From Fibrobacterales bacterium (GTDB taxonomy: Bacteria; Fibrobacterota; Fibrobacteria; Fibrobacterales; JAOPTW01), in NCBI GenBank assembly GCA_051532035.1, contig JAOPTW010000015.1:160001-224000 (forward strand): a stretch of DNA of 64,000 nucleotides. Direction: 5' to 3'. The notes under the pieces are model-generated. The model did no database searches. It was not told where the DNA came from and saw only the letters and a list, made by a program, of their open reading frames with translations. This document shows positions 20,480-30,300 of this stretch, piece after piece (positions within the stretch are counted from its first letter, which is position 1; each line of letters begins with the position of its first letter). A program made the position numbers and the translations under genes.

Positions 20480-22102
20480 ATGATTGGTAAGGTAAAAGAA
20501 CATTGGATATTGATTCTCATTGTTGTGGCTGGGATATTTTTTCGGTTTTGGGGTATTGATTGGGGGCTTCCGTTTGGGTATGATGCTGATGAGCCGTTTC
20601 AGGTTGGCCTTGCGACTTCGATGGTTATCAATGGGGATTTTAACCCTCATTGGTTTGGACACCCGGGCACTGTGGCATTTTATCTTTTAGCGCTGGTTTA
20701 CTCTATTCTCTTTAATGTTGGGTCGCTTTTGGGAGGCTTTGAGCTTGCAAGTACTTTTGCCGAAGCTACGGTTAAGTATCCACACTTTTTTCTTCTTACA
20801 GGCCGGATTACTCTCACTCTTTTTGGTATTGCTTCTATTGGGGTTGTGTATAAAATAGCACTCAAACTCTTTAATAAGCCCACTGCTCTTATGGCTGCTG
20901 CCTTTTTGGCACTCGGGCCCGTTCACACTTTTTATGGCAAGCTTATTCGCACTGATATTATCGTTACCTTTTTTCTTCTCATAGCAACCTACTGGTCTAT
21001 TCGCATTGTTGAAAGTAGGTCTCTTAAATATTATATCCTTGCAGGGGTGTTTACTGGGCTTGCCGTTGCGACTAAATATACTGGAGTGCTTATTGGAGCG
21101 CTCCCTGTTGTTGCCTTTTTATATACTGAGCCCTTTAAGGAATATCGTAAGATTGTGATTGCTGCCGGTACAGGTGTTCTGGCGACCTTTGTTGGCTCAC
21201 CCTACCTCTTTCTGGATTGGCGCACCGCTAAGTACAACCTCATTCGTGAAGCACGGCCTCGGCATGTAAGCGGGACTGGTGATGGATTTTTTAATGATCT
21301 GATCTGGTATATTCAAAACCCACTCGCTGATTCCATTACCTTAATTGGACTGGGGGCTGCGATTATTGCCCTTGTTATCTGCCTTCGTTCAAAAGACATT
21401 CGTTTAAAGCTTCTCACTGTATTTCCCATTATTTTTACGCTCTTTATATCACTCCTGAGCCTAAGGTGGGAACGATGGTTTGTACCAGCACTCCCCTTTT
21501 ATGGGATACTTGCTGCCTATGGCCTCTACTGGCTCTACTTACTTTTTGAAAAAACCAAACGAAGCTTTGCCCTCAAAACCTTCACGATTATTGTGCCTGT
21601 TGTTGTTTTTGGATCGTTGATTTTTCATAACTCCATTCAAGGAGTGCAACTGACTGGAGTTGACACCCGGGATATTGGTCGTGAGTGGATTATTAATAAC
21701 ATACCCAAGAGTGCACGTATCGCTATTGAGAAGTACACGCCGTATCTACCGAACAATAATTATCAGTTTTATTCAAATAATGAGGAGCTACGGTCGCTCT
21801 ATCTCATTCCTGATTCGAGTAAAACCTATGGAGAGAATCTTGCTCCGCCTTTTGCGCGTATTGGTAAAATCAGTGATCCTACTCAGATTGATTCACTTGG
21901 TATAGAGTATATTATTTTGAGTAACTGGTATGATCGTTACAAGGCAGAAGCTCGATTTTATCCTGAGATTGTAAGAACCTACGAGACAATCATGAAACGC
22001 TGTGAGTTAATTCATGAAATTAAGGGGGCGCCTATTGTGGAAGACTCTAGAATGTTACACGCACGACGTGGGCCTACTATTCGAATTTTTAGAGTGAACT
22101 AA
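20480..22102 (+). CDS. ArnT/PMT-family (GT-C fold) membrane glycosyltransferase
   Basis: R.WGIDWGLP...DE, NPHWFGHPG, GLAVATKY, ERWFVP; multiple TM helices; ORF begins at 20471. Confidence 0.8.
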   Translation: MIGKVKEHWILILIVVAGIFFRFWGIDWGLPFGYDADEPFQVGLATSMVINGDFNPHWFGHPGTVAFYLLALVYSILFNVGSLLGGFELASTFAEATVKYPHFFLLTGRITLTLFGIASIGVVYKIALKLFNKPTALMAAAFLALGPVHTFYGKLIRTDIIVTFFLLIATYWSIRIVESRSLKYYILAGVFTGLAVATKYTGVLIGALPVVAFLYTEPFKEYRKIVIAAGTGVLATFVGSPYLFLDWRTAKYNLIREARPRHVSGTGDGFFNDLIWYIQNPLADSITLIGLGAAIIALVICLRSKDIRLKLLTVFPIIFTLFISLLSLRWERWFVPALPFYGILAAYGLYWLYLLFEKTKRSFALKTFTIIVPVVVFGSLIFHNSIQGVQLTGVDTRDIGREWIINNIPKSARIAIEKYTPYLPNNNYQFYSNNEELRSLYLIPDSSKTYGENLAPPFARIGKISDPTQIDSLGIEYIILSNWYDRYKAEARFYPEIVRTYETIMKRCELIHEIKGAPIVEDSRMLHARRGPTIRIFRVN

Positions 22103-22323
22103 AGTAATTTCTTGCTATTGTTTTAGTTATTTGATGAATCAACTCATTATACCATGCAAAACTGAAGACAGAGTTCAGAAATACATGGTACTATTGACCA
22201 CTATCTAGCAGCTTACCCTAGTCTCATTGCGGATAATCCGCAGTGTCATTGCAGATTTGTCGAAATGATCTTATACTTTCGGTAATACTTTATTCATGAC
22301 ACCTTCAAATTAAAGTTTCATTA

Positions 22324-22977
22324 ATGCTTACACCACCATCACTCAAACAAACCTCATGGCCACTCCGCATACTGATTCTATGTATTATGGTTGGTGCTAT
22401 CCTCTTTATGGTCACTACTACTGCTGGCCTCACGGTATTTTTGGTTGGTGAACACATCGCAGATACTGCAGAAGCAAGCACAGATTCAACCTTTGTTCCA
22501 CAAGAGGGCGATATTATCGTTTCATTTGCGGGCAATATTTTGCGTCATTGGTATGCTGAAACACTGTATAAACAATCGGGATGTCACTGGGTGATCAGTG
22601 ACCCACGGGATACGATTTATAAGTACGTAAAACATGACGTGCCGGACTCTACTACCATGACTCCGGTTTACAGTGGGGTTTCGACCTATACTGAAATTAT
22701 GGGAATTGACTCGGCTCTTGCCACTTTTGTTGAAGTCCGAAAAGAACGGTATCCTGATCAGCGTATTATTTTCATTAGTTCACCGAGTCATCTTGCCCGT
22801 ATCAAACTTATGGCTGAGCGGCATATTGATGTTGACGATACGGAGTTTCTTTATCTTGGATTGCATCAGGGGTATATGGCATTTACTCCTGAGTATTATC
22901 ATTATTGGTGGCGGCAGTGGCTGCTCAGAGGGGAATTGAAGAAGTACTTGGGTTACTGGGTTCTTTATTGGTTTTAG
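22324..22977 (+). CDS. Membrane-anchored YdcF/DUF218-like protein
   Basis: N-terminal TM helix; STYTE and IIFISSPSHLARIKL resemble the DUF218 ST.EN and VTS..H..RA motifs. Confidence 0.5.
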   Translation: MLTPPSLKQTSWPLRILILCIMVGAILFMVTTTAGLTVFLVGEHIADTAEASTDSTFVPQEGDIIVSFAGNILRHWYAETLYKQSGCHWVISDPRDTIYKYVKHDVPDSTTMTPVYSGVSTYTEIMGIDSALATFVEVRKERYPDQRIIFISSPSHLARIKLMAERHIDVDDTEFLYLGLHQGYMAFTPEYYHYWWRQWLLRGELKKYLGYWVLYWF

Positions 22978-23052
22978 GTTTTTCTTTTTTCTCTTACATT
23001 ACTTTTTCTGTTTCATAGTCCAACATGAATATTTTCTTTTTATATAGATCTC

Positions 23053-23216
23053 GAGGGCTTTGCCCTCAAACTCCCACCTAAGGATAGCCTGCGGCAGCTA
23101 CCCTTAGGAATCCCGTGCCGCTCTTGCACAGTGCCTCTTCTTGTAAGAAGCAACAGACCTTCGGACTATTAATTTACCGGTCGGGATCAAACCCTCCCTG
23201 CAATGTACATCTGATT
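23053..23216 (+). repeat. Structured intergenic element, copy 3
   Basis: GAGGGC-TTT-GCCCTC hairpin, CCTAAGG...CCTTAGG hairpin, then ~85 nt closely matching 20194-20279. Confidence 0.85.
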
Positions 23217-23332
23217 TTGAGATTATTTATGTTTCAAAAAATGTAAATCCATTATACCAATGACATCTAACTAGAAACTTACGACCATTTATTCATCAAA
23301 AAATGGTTTTATGTTGTTCTATTCAGGTCACT

Positions 23333-25033
23333 TTATTCAAACACTGGATAAGCCCAGTCGACCATTGCACAAGTATCGCAAGACATGTTCTCTGTTACGA
23401 GGATTAGTGAATCATAGCCATCAACGGAAATAGAGAGCTCTTGGTGCGCCCCTGCCCCTGAGAGTAGCTCTGATTGCCAAAGTTGCGTTGTGTCGCCATA
23501 TACTCGAATGATTCCCTTAGGCTCATTACTCGAGTCATCAAAACCGACTTTCGCAGTAAAACGCGTTGTACCTTGAGGAATTTGTACGACAGCCCGCCCT
23601 GAAGCTATTGTTCCGAGACCATAGAGGTGAATTTTACCATCCATGCGGAGGGTTCCTCTTTTTGCATGATGATTCACTTTTAATGAATCGATAGGACCAG
23701 TGTAGCTTACAGGAAGCTCCGAGAGATAGATGCCATTTTCTGGTAGGTCATGGTGAGCAACTCTATTCATGGTCACCTTGTACCCAACTGCTGCAAGCAT
23801 GATGAATACAATAAGGAGTAGCGCCTCTGGCACCAAGTCAAAACGAGCAATACCTTTACGATAGAGCTGTAGTGCTTTTTCGTTAAGCGATGGTATAAAT
23901 ACTGCTACAGCCAACACCACAAAGAGTAGTACCGAAACTAGTGAGAGCATCGGCCAAAATTTATCACCCGAAACAGGGAGTACTAAGAGAATATTGAGGA
24001 AGGTAACTACCGTTGCTACAATATAGAGAGGGATTACTTTGCGATTATGGATACTCCACACTAACAGAACGGGTACCGCTGCAAAAAGATAGCGTTCATG
24101 CATTTGAGTGAGAGTGGTAAAAAAGGCAAACGGGAGAAAGCTCGCCATAACCAGCAATTCAACTTTAGATTTTGAAAGAAGGGTTTTAACAAAAACCCCA
24201 AGGCTGAATAGCGTAAAAGTGAGCATCCCAAAATGTTTGGCCGAAAGCCCGGGAAGTACCTCAACAGAGTCAAGAACAATGTTCCCTTTGAAAAGCATCC
24301 AGAAGTTTGCCGCATTAAGGGTTACATAAGGGAACAGGCTGGTGTTGCCCAAAAAGGCGTGGTTGATCATCTGATCGAGGCTGCTGGTGACTAAGTACGG
24401 CAACAAGAGAAGCCCCACTACAGGAATTGTATAGAGCAAGCCAATACTATAGGATTTGATCTCTTTGAAAAAGAGCGCACCAAAGAGAGGGAGAAAAAGA
24501 ATCATCTGAAATTTTGTGAGAAGGGCCGCAAAAAACAACGTTGGAACCCATTTGAGATGAATTTTTTCGACAGAGCAGATAAGGGCCCCAACAATAAGGA
24601 CCATTGGAAGAAGGTCGACCTGAGCCCAAATGGGACCATTAAGCAGAAAGGCGGGGTTTACTGCAGTAACAATAAGAAGGATGTTTTTTGCAGAGGTATT
24701 CAGGGAGTATCTGTCACTATACCACCAGACAAGCCTGAGGAGCCCTAAATGAGCCACAATGCCTGGGAGGATGATAAAAAGCTTGAAAAAGAAACTCACC
24801 TCAATTGGCGTACCAGTCAGTGCATAGAGCTTACCCACAAGCCAGAGCCAGTGTACATAGATGGGCGGATAGTTGCCTGTGAACCCATCATACCCATACA
24901 GAGCTAAGTGATCTGCCCAGCGGCGAAAACAATCCATATCAGCCCAGAATCCATCGGTAAAGAGGAGAAGAATACTCACACATACGGTGAGAAGTAGGAT
25001 GGTTGATCTATGAATAGGTGTTGAGTTGTTCAT
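23333..25033 (-). CDS. GT-C membrane glycosyltransferase (mannosyltransferase-like) fused to a C-terminal NPCBM/NEW2 domain
   Basis: DM..F..W, NYPP, NPA......WAQVD, K.Q, TLNAANFW, QMHERYLF; C-terminal YLSELP...GLG.....FTAKVGFDD...VYGD...LWQS...DWA. Confidence 0.75.
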   Translation of the reverse strand: MNNSTPIHRSTILLLTVCVSILLLFTDGFWADMDCFRRWADHLALYGYDGFTGNYPPIYVHWLWLVGKLYALTGTPIEVSFFFKLFIILPGIVAHLGLLRLVWWYSDRYSLNTSAKNILLIVTAVNPAFLLNGPIWAQVDLLPMVLIVGALICSVEKIHLKWVPTLFFAALLTKFQMILFLPLFGALFFKEIKSYSIGLLYTIPVVGLLLLPYLVTSSLDQMINHAFLGNTSLFPYVTLNAANFWMLFKGNIVLDSVEVLPGLSAKHFGMLTFTLFSLGVFVKTLLSKSKVELLVMASFLPFAFFTTLTQMHERYLFAAVPVLLVWSIHNRKVIPLYIVATVVTFLNILLVLPVSGDKFWPMLSLVSVLLFVVLAVAVFIPSLNEKALQLYRKGIARFDLVPEALLLIVFIMLAAVGYKVTMNRVAHHDLPENGIYLSELPVSYTGPIDSLKVNHHAKRGTLRMDGKIHLYGLGTIASGRAVVQIPQGTTRFTAKVGFDDSSNEPKGIIRVYGDTTQLWQSELLSGAGAHQELSISVDGYDSLILVTENMSCDTCAMVDWAYPVFE

Positions 25034-25165
25034 TAAGGTCTCAATCGCTGGGTATTGGTTACAAATGTAGTTTGTGATATAGAATTATCACAGAACTTGC
25101 AAAACATCAAAGGTACTATTACAGATTAATACTACAAAAAGCAATACTATTTATCCCTATCACCC

Positions 25166-25630
25166 CTAATCTAAGGGCACTTTAACTTCCCAATATCCAT
25201 TTTTTCGACCACCAACTCTTTCTAAAACACCACTTGTTCGTAATTTTTTAAGATGATAATTAACACCATCTTCTGTCAAATCAAGGTATTGAGCCATTTC
25301 TGATATGGTTACATTTTGATTTAACTTTAACCACTCAAGTAAATCGGCCGTCTTTCCTGTAGTCTTTCCTGTAGTCTTTCCTGTAATGACTACTGACTGG
25401 GCATTAAAATTTACCCATAATCCATCTTCATCTGCTTTTATTTCAGCCTCAGAAATACCAAAACCCCTACAACTACTTTGAATTTTCTCTATTCCTCTGC
25501 CCCATAATTCAATAAGGCCAGCTCTAAAAAGCGTATTTGCAATATTAGGGTTAAAGGGCTGAGAAGCGTGCTTAGAAAGAAGGCCCTGGAGAGTCCACCC
25601 CGCATGTAGCTGCCCATTATTCCAAATCAA
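25166..25630 (-). pseudogene. 5'-truncated remnant of an ATP-binding/RecG-C-terminal-like + HTH protein
   Basis: IWNNGQL..GWT..L...HAS.PFNP.IAN.LFRAGLIE.WGRGIEK plus C-terminal HTH/ERVG.RK.GYWEV; in-frame stop a few codons upstream, no N-terminal domain; (GTCTTTCCTGTA)x3 at 25350-25385. Confidence 0.65.
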
Positions 25631-25839
25631 TACTTGTTCATTATTTGATTTTGTTCAGGAAAATGTGAACATAATGAAAATCATCAACGAAGGTATTACA
25701 GATTAAAAACATAAATGCCCAAAGAACACCCTTCAGATATTTATCTTCTAGTGAATTGCCACAGCCGGGAAGTCCAAAAAGAACAACATACTTTAACTAA
25801 CTAATTACCCTCTACAACAAACTGTTATAAGAAAAAGCA

Positions 25840-27801
25840 TTATTCAAACAGGTCAACAACACCATTACTTGAACGATAATAGTAATGTGGATGGGCCGGA
25901 GAAGACATTTTCAAATAGCCCCTAATGGAAGAGTCTGAGTCAAATACTCCTATTCTAATCCCATGGATAGAAAATATTGTAAGAGGATATTGTATCGACT
26001 TTTCCTTAATTTTAAAAAATGACGACGTTTTTATCGAGTCACTATCATCACCTAAACCGTCATTTATCAGAATATTACCCTCAAGAGTGTCACCCTGTTT
26101 TTCATTAGAAAAATCAATGATGCTATCCAAGTTTACATCAAAAAAAGCAGAAGGTAACATTCCTTCTACACTTGGAATTCCAGCCCCAGAACAAGGTAAG
26201 GAGTCACCTACCACCCCCCAATCAAATATTCTTTTGTCACCAAATAAATGTACTGGATCAATGTATACCGAACTGGAATCAAATACTGTAGCTAACTGAA
26301 ATTCATCTAAATTATTATAGTTAACACCATCTCTAATAAAATAATGTTTTGCATTTGAGAAGTAACAATTTGAATCTGATGTTGTATTGGGGAATTCATA
26401 GTTACCAATAATAAACTGATTTTCTCCTTCAGCAATCACAACATTCTTATTGAAATTGACACTACCAGTTTTTAATGAATCTGAAAACCTCAAACCTACA
26501 GGGCCATGGGAATGCAATCCTGCAGTATAAGTCATTTGCTTATTGAGCACCCATATATTTTCATAAATATTAATCGGCAAATTACTTGTTACATGTGCGC
26601 CACCCATTCCGCTGTTTTCATGGCTACCGCTATAAAAAATATTATTATGAATTGTTAAATCACCACCATGGAACGCCCCAAACCCACCAGCATTATACAC
26701 AACATTATATCTTACCGTATCACCGTAATTTTCTCGCGGATCATAAAAATGGCACCCTTTACTATCATGAGCAAAGTTATATTCAATAACTGTATTCAAA
26801 CAGTTTTCATATCCTGTAAGACACTTATCCCCTGTAGGCTCTACACCAAAAGGCTTGTATGCAACCCCAGACAAATCATTCCCTCGTACTATTAGTCCAT
26901 CTGAATACAAGGAATAAATTGCATTATTCCCTGTATTTGAAATAGTATTATTTTCTATAGTAATATCGTTAACTGATGCATCGACTTTCCAATTATGCTG
27001 CCCCCCTGCGACTTTGATTCCAATCCCCAAAATTTTCTCTATGGTATTATTTCTAAGAATAATATCATGAGACCCCTCTACAAAAGCCCCATCCATACCT
27101 CCCGTAAGGTGAAAACCATCTATAACAACATATTGACAATAACGCATACTCAATGAATTGGTAAAAAACTGATATTCTGGATACTTCGGTACTTCCCCAT
27201 CAATCGTTTTAACATAAATTTTATCAGTGTAACCCATTGGGCCAAACACATTTTTGCCTACAATAACTTCTTCCACAAACGTCCTCTCTCCTTCTAGAGA
27301 GTCAATTTCGTAAATACCTAAATATTTGCCAGCCAAATCAAACTTCCCTAATCCTAGCGTAGGCAAGAAACTAGAGTCGTGAATACCTTTTAATACTGAA
27401 TTATTTAACCCAATATCTGCACTGTATACACCTGGAGTATTTACAGAATCAAAAGGAACCCATGGCAAATCTTTAAACCCCCCATTTATACTTGGTCCTT
27501 CAATAGTTGTGCTATATCGTGAAAATACTATTGGATTTCCTGGCTCACCGTTAACATATTGAATATGGAGCATTCTCCCATGCCATTCATCCCCTGCATA
27601 AAAAAGTATTGAGTCGCCAGGCTGTAAAACTTTACTTTGAATAACATAGTTAACACGATCTATCGATTGCCATGGGCGATTTTCAGAAAGGCCATCATTA
27701 AAATCATGGCCTTTTGAGGATGAAACAAAATACGTTGCAGCATGAAGATTAACAACAATCAATAGAAAGGAATATTTTAACAACAATTTGAGAAAACACA
27801 T
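25840..27801 (-). CDS. Secreted right-handed parallel beta-helix protein
   Basis: Signal peptide, TYFVSSSKG.D.NDG.S...PW.SI, PGDSILF..GD.W, repeated I.NN.I strands. Confidence 0.75.
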   Translation of the reverse strand: MCFLKLLLKYSFLLIVVNLHAATYFVSSSKGHDFNDGLSENRPWQSIDRVNYVIQSKVLQPGDSILFYAGDEWHGRMLHIQYVNGEPGNPIVFSRYSTTIEGPSINGGFKDLPWVPFDSVNTPGVYSADIGLNNSVLKGIHDSSFLPTLGLGKFDLAGKYLGIYEIDSLEGERTFVEEVIVGKNVFGPMGYTDKIYVKTIDGEVPKYPEYQFFTNSLSMRYCQYVVIDGFHLTGGMDGAFVEGSHDIILRNNTIEKILGIGIKVAGGQHNWKVDASVNDITIENNTISNTGNNAIYSLYSDGLIVRGNDLSGVAYKPFGVEPTGDKCLTGYENCLNTVIEYNFAHDSKGCHFYDPRENYGDTVRYNVVYNAGGFGAFHGGDLTIHNNIFYSGSHENSGMGGAHVTSNLPINIYENIWVLNKQMTYTAGLHSHGPVGLRFSDSLKTGSVNFNKNVVIAEGENQFIIGNYEFPNTTSDSNCYFSNAKHYFIRDGVNYNNLDEFQLATVFDSSSVYIDPVHLFGDKRIFDWGVVGDSLPCSGAGIPSVEGMLPSAFFDVNLDSIIDFSNEKQGDTLEGNILINDGLGDDSDSIKTSSFFKIKEKSIQYPLTIFSIHGIRIGVFDSDSSIRGYLKMSSPAHPHYYYRSSNGVVDLFE

Positions 27802-27862
27802 AATTTGAGGGTCCTAAAGAGGGGCACCCTAAAATTAAGTTATTAAATCAAATAATTCACAC

Positions 27863-30220
27863 CTACTCTAATTTATTCGCTAAACTATCATAAAGGACAC
27901 GAGCTTCTTCACTCGATATTGCCCGATTCCAAAGCTGCATTTCATCTAGCATTCCATCATACATAGCCCAGTGATAACCAGTATATCGTCCAGAAACCTG
28001 AAAAGGATTATTCACGTCACTATGAATTAATTGACCTTTTAAAGAGTTTTGACTTTCAAATGCAATACCATCAACATACAATTTTGCTCTCCTTGCTCCC
28101 ATGTCAGAGTATACCGCAACAACATGGTGCCAATTTAGATCTCTATTCATTGCCCCATATACTAGAGAACCACCCTCAGAACCATCCATTGAGAAAACCA
28201 TATACTTTGTGCGGGGGTACACCCCAATACAGCCATGACCCATTATTACATTCTGGAAAATAGTACCCCATAGAAAACCTGATGGAGCAATAATGAATGA
28301 AATAGAAAACTCCTCTAAGCTTGAACGATCAAGTTTTCCAAAGTTAAGATACGCCCCATCTCCACTCATTGACAATGCATTCCCAATGGGGCCACTCACA
28401 ACGTTTACATCACCTACTGCTCGACCAACCAAACTATTATCAACAGAATTAATAAAATCCATGGTATCTATTACTTGTATAGTAGAAGAATCAAAAGGGG
28501 CAGGATTAATTGTATTGTCAAATGATAACGCCATAACCCTCCCTTTCGCTAATCCATCATCGTTCATCATTAACAGTTTCCTTCTATTCAAAGGCAAAAT
28601 CAAACCATTATCAGCCCATTCAGCGATAAACTGATCTACAATTTCATGTGCCCCCTTAGCCCCAGCCATACTCATTACCTCTCCGGGCTTTGCAAATAGA
28701 GAATGCTCATCATGGCCACTATTGAGAATAAAGTCGTCAAAGTCATATGCTACATAATCTTTATTCTGCATGTATATTGGGCCAGGGGTATAAAAAATAT
28801 TGTAATCCGAATAAGTATTTCTGTTTTGATAACATGCGAGCCAAAATATTTTGTCTTCTCCAGCATACATTACATTGTTATTAAAAGTAACCCAGCCAGT
28901 TTTTTCTTCAGCACTATAGCGAATCCCTGCCCCCCCATAAGAATGCAAGCCACAGGTCACTGGCCATTGATCTTCCAAAAGCCACATATTATTTTCAAAA
29001 GATATATCATAGGGACTCGTTACCCACGCTCCTCCAATTGCCGCATTTTCTTTATTTCCTGACAGAAATATATTATTATGAACCGTAATATCTCCACCAT
29101 GAAAAGAGCCAAAACCACGAGCATTATGAAGCAGATTATACCTAACGGTATCTCCATAGTTTTCATTTGGGTCGTAAAAGTGGCCTGTAGAGTTATTGTC
29201 ATGGGCATAATTAAATTCAAGTACAACATTTAAACAGTTTTCAAAACCCGTAATACATTGATCACCATAAGTTGCTAATCCAAAAGGGGAATTTGCAACT
29301 TCTGAAAGATCATTACCACGAATAACAATATGATCTGTATATAATACATAAATTGAATTATTCCCTGTATTCCGAATACTATTATTGAGAATGTATATAT
29401 CTCTACTCGTTATGTTATTTTTCCAATTATGCTGCCCACCTGCGACTTTTATTCCTATTCCAAGCACCTCATAAATATTACAATTCTGGACAGTCACATT
29501 TTTAGAACTTTCAATAAAAATTCCATCCATCCCCTCTGTAATAGACAAATTTTCAACGACAATATATTCCGTATACCTTAGAGCAATTCCATTTCCAAAA
29601 AATTTACTTTCAGGATATACCGGCCTTTCACCATCCGGTGTTCGAACAATAAGTCTATCGGCATAGCCAAAAGGACCAAACGATCTAGCCTCCGTTAGAG
29701 TCGTATTTACAAAAGTAACAGCCTCTGTCGAATCTAATACATCATAATTTCCCACTATCATTCCCAAACTATCTCTTTTCACATTTACCTTACCTCGATA
29801 ATAAGCATCTCCTTTAACTCCCTGTAATACTGAGACCATATATCCTAAATCAGCGAGCCACACATCGTCAAACTGAGTGCCATCAAATTTCTCCCACTCA
29901 AGATTACGATACCCCGCATTTATGAGAGGATTAGCTCCACTCCCATATGAGCTGACAACTATTGGCTCTTCTTCTGTCCCTCGTAGCTGAATAAAGTGAA
30001 TCATTTCCCCAAACCATGCATCTCCTTTTTTAAATAAAATAGAATCTCCAGGTAGAACTACCCTTTTTCTATACACCATATAATTTAATCGGCTAATCGA
30101 TTTAATCGGCGCTTCTACTGAAGTGCCACTATTTGCATCATTACCCTCACTTTGAGATAGATAAATATTATTCGCATTAAGACACTCAGCAATGAGTAAA
30201 ATCAAGAGACAGTATTTCAT
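27863..30220 (-). CDS. Secreted right-handed parallel beta-helix protein with C-terminal LamG-like domain
   Basis: Paralogue of 25840..27801; C-terminal GNALS..G, WHHVVAVY, LYVDG, G.LDE..WNRAIS..E. Confidence 0.8.
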   Translation of the reverse strand: MKYCLLILLIAECLNANNIYLSQSEGNDANSGTSVEAPIKSISRLNYMVYRKRVVLPGDSILFKKGDAWFGEMIHFIQLRGTEEEPIVVSSYGSGANPLINAGYRNLEWEKFDGTQFDDVWLADLGYMVSVLQGVKGDAYYRGKVNVKRDSLGMIVGNYDVLDSTEAVTFVNTTLTEARSFGPFGYADRLIVRTPDGERPVYPESKFFGNGIALRYTEYIVVENLSITEGMDGIFIESSKNVTVQNCNIYEVLGIGIKVAGGQHNWKNNITSRDIYILNNSIRNTGNNSIYVLYTDHIVIRGNDLSEVANSPFGLATYGDQCITGFENCLNVVLEFNYAHDNNSTGHFYDPNENYGDTVRYNLLHNARGFGSFHGGDITVHNNIFLSGNKENAAIGGAWVTSPYDISFENNMWLLEDQWPVTCGLHSYGGAGIRYSAEEKTGWVTFNNNVMYAGEDKIFWLACYQNRNTYSDYNIFYTPGPIYMQNKDYVAYDFDDFILNSGHDEHSLFAKPGEVMSMAGAKGAHEIVDQFIAEWADNGLILPLNRRKLLMMNDDGLAKGRVMALSFDNTINPAPFDSSTIQVIDTMDFINSVDNSLVGRAVGDVNVVSGPIGNALSMSGDGAYLNFGKLDRSSLEEFSISFIIAPSGFLWGTIFQNVIMGHGCIGVYPRTKYMVFSMDGSEGGSLVYGAMNRDLNWHHVVAVYSDMGARRAKLYVDGIAFESQNSLKGQLIHSDVNNPFQVSGRYTGYHWAMYDGMLDEMQLWNRAISSEEARVLYDSLANKLE

Positions 30221-30300
30221 ATTAACCTTTTACATCGTAACGACGCTTACATTAAACATACTCATCATTAATATAAACCATATATTTCAATGCGAAACAC

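Noticed and set aside
20125..23216. Diversity-generating retroelement TR/VR pair
   Set aside because: Both matching segments are intergenic, mismatches are not confined to adenines of one copy, and no reverse transcriptase is present
20125..23216. Composite transposon bounded by copies 2 and 3
   Set aside because: No transposase or target-site duplication seen, and the copies match only in their 3' halves
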